Of a stretch of 64,000 bases of DNA, positions 60,696 through 64,000 are shown one piece after another. The translations under genes were made by a program, and so were the position numbers. The first letter of the stretch is position 1; every line of letters begins with the position of its first letter. This stretch comes from an uncultured Gemmatimonadales bacterium. GTDB taxonomy: Bacteria > Gemmatimonadota > Gemmatimonadetes > Gemmatimonadales > GWC2-71-9. The DNA is taken from positions 704,001 through 768,000 of the forward strand of contig CAVOGR010000007.1 of assembly GCA_963695555.1 (NCBI GenBank), written 5' to 3'. The notes beneath the pieces are model-generated. The model searched no databases, was not told the DNA's origin, and saw only the letters and a program-made list of their open reading frames with translations.

Positions 60696-61684
60696 CCGTC
60701 CACCAATTGCTGGAAGAGCGTGGGGTCGATGTTGCCGCCGCTCACGATTGCAACCGTCGGGCCGTGAGATCTGACTCCACCCGTGAGGAGCGCCGCCGTG
60801 GTGGCCGCGCCGGACGGTTCTGCCCGAACGCCGCATTCCCGCCAGAGGAACCGGACGGCGCTGGCGATCTGGTCATCGCCGACTTGGATGGTCTGATGCA
60901 CCACCGGACGGATCATCGGGAAGGTCAGGCTGCCGATTGCGAGAGGAAGCAGGCCATCTGCGACACTCTCAGCCCGCTCGAGCGACACCGGCCTCCCGGC
61001 GGCCATGGCGGCGGAGAGTTTGGCCGCGCCCGAGGGCTCGACGCCGATGACATGAACGTGGGGCTTGAGCGCGGCCACGACCAGACAGATACCGGCGAGC
61101 AGCCCTCCCCCGCCGACCGGGACCAGAATGGTCTCGACGTCAGGGGCCTGCTCGAGGATCTCGAGGCCGCATGTGGCCTGGCCAGTGATGACTTCCGGAT
61201 CATCGAACGGGGGAATAATGGTGAGGCCTTCCGCACTGGCGAATGCCTCCGCCTTGGCTCGCCGGGTGGTAGACGTGGGCCCGCCCCACCGGACCTCGCC
61301 GCCGAGTCGCTTGACTCCGTCCACCTTGATGGCCGGGGCATGATCGGGCATCACCACTACCGCCCGAGTGCCGAGCCGTCCGGCCGCGTATGCCACGGCC
61401 TGCCCGTGATTGCCGCTCGAGTAGGTGATCACACCGGCGGTTCGCTCTTCTTCCGACAGCCGGGCGATGGCCGTGTAGGCGCCTCGGATCTTGAACGCCC
61501 CCACCGGTTGGAGATGCTCCCCCTTGAGGGCGACCATGCCACCGGTTTCTCGCTCCAAGGATGGGACGGTAATGAGGGGGGTTCGGACGGCAACGCCTTC
61601 GAGCGCACGTGCGGCATCGCGCACGCTCTCGAGCGTGAGCGCCGGGTGTAGTGGACCCCGGCGGGGGATCGAGGCCTCCGTCAC
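60692..61684 (-). CDS. Threonine/serine dehydratase (PLP fold II, no regulatory domain)
   Basis: LQPVGAFKIRGA, SSGNHGQ, PVGGGGL, EPSGA, SGGN. Confidence 0.93.
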   Translation of the reverse strand: MTEASIPRRGPLHPALTLESVRDAARALEGVAVRTPLITVPSLERETGGMVALKGEHLQPVGAFKIRGAYTAIARLSEEERTAGVITYSSGNHGQAVAYAAGRLGTRAVVVMPDHAPAIKVDGVKRLGGEVRWGGPTSTTRRAKAEAFASAEGLTIIPPFDDPEVITGQATCGLEILEQAPDVETILVPVGGGGLLAGICLVVAALKPHVHVIGVEPSGAAKLSAAMAAGRPVSLERAESVADGLLPLAIGSLTFPMIRPVVHQTIQVGDDQIASAVRFLWRECGVRAEPSGAATTAALLTGGVRSHGPTVAIVSGGNIDPTLFQQLVDG

Positions 61685-61693
61685 CTGGGCTGC

Positions 61694-64000
<2,307 letters not shown>

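Overview
High-GC bacterial chromosomal segment, densely coding (about 55 genes). The gene content suggests a Gemmatimonadota-like diderm, but this is inference only. From left to right: (1) a Tat-exported GH109 (partial) and a ~8.6-kb cyclic beta-1,2-glucan synthase gene broken by about 7 single-base indels; (2) dacB, an aminotransferase and an M42 peptidase; (3) a four-gene ECF (energy-coupling factor) importer plus a HEAT-repeat gene; (4) a long + strand run of peptidase, GAF, hydrolase, nth, YyaL, HD, phospholipase D and amidohydrolase genes; (5) an ECF-sigma/anti-sigma/Spy-like/TolC/MacAB-like envelope module; (6) DUF5916, a PHP membrane protein, fabH and yggX; (7) a second ECF-sigma/ZAS anti-sigma/PDZ unit, a rubrerythrin-VIT1 fusion, leuS, an MCP and pncA-pncB; (8) a glycosylasparaginase-Omp85 pair; (9) a minus-strand run gyrA-threonine dehydratase-diguanylate cyclase-Ser/Thr kinase-E1 alpha-lipoprotein-saccharopine dehydrogenase-thioredoxin. 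No tRNA, rRNA, CRISPR, prophage or IS was recognised. Best leads: back-to-back CTCAAC-N17-CGTA promoter motifs defining a predicted ECF-sigma regulon; an ECF importer whose two ATPases carry complementary degenerate motifs that map to one dead ATP site; a four-cysteine YggX variant; and the indel-ridden glucan synthase. All family calls come from motif recognition by eye, not from database searches.
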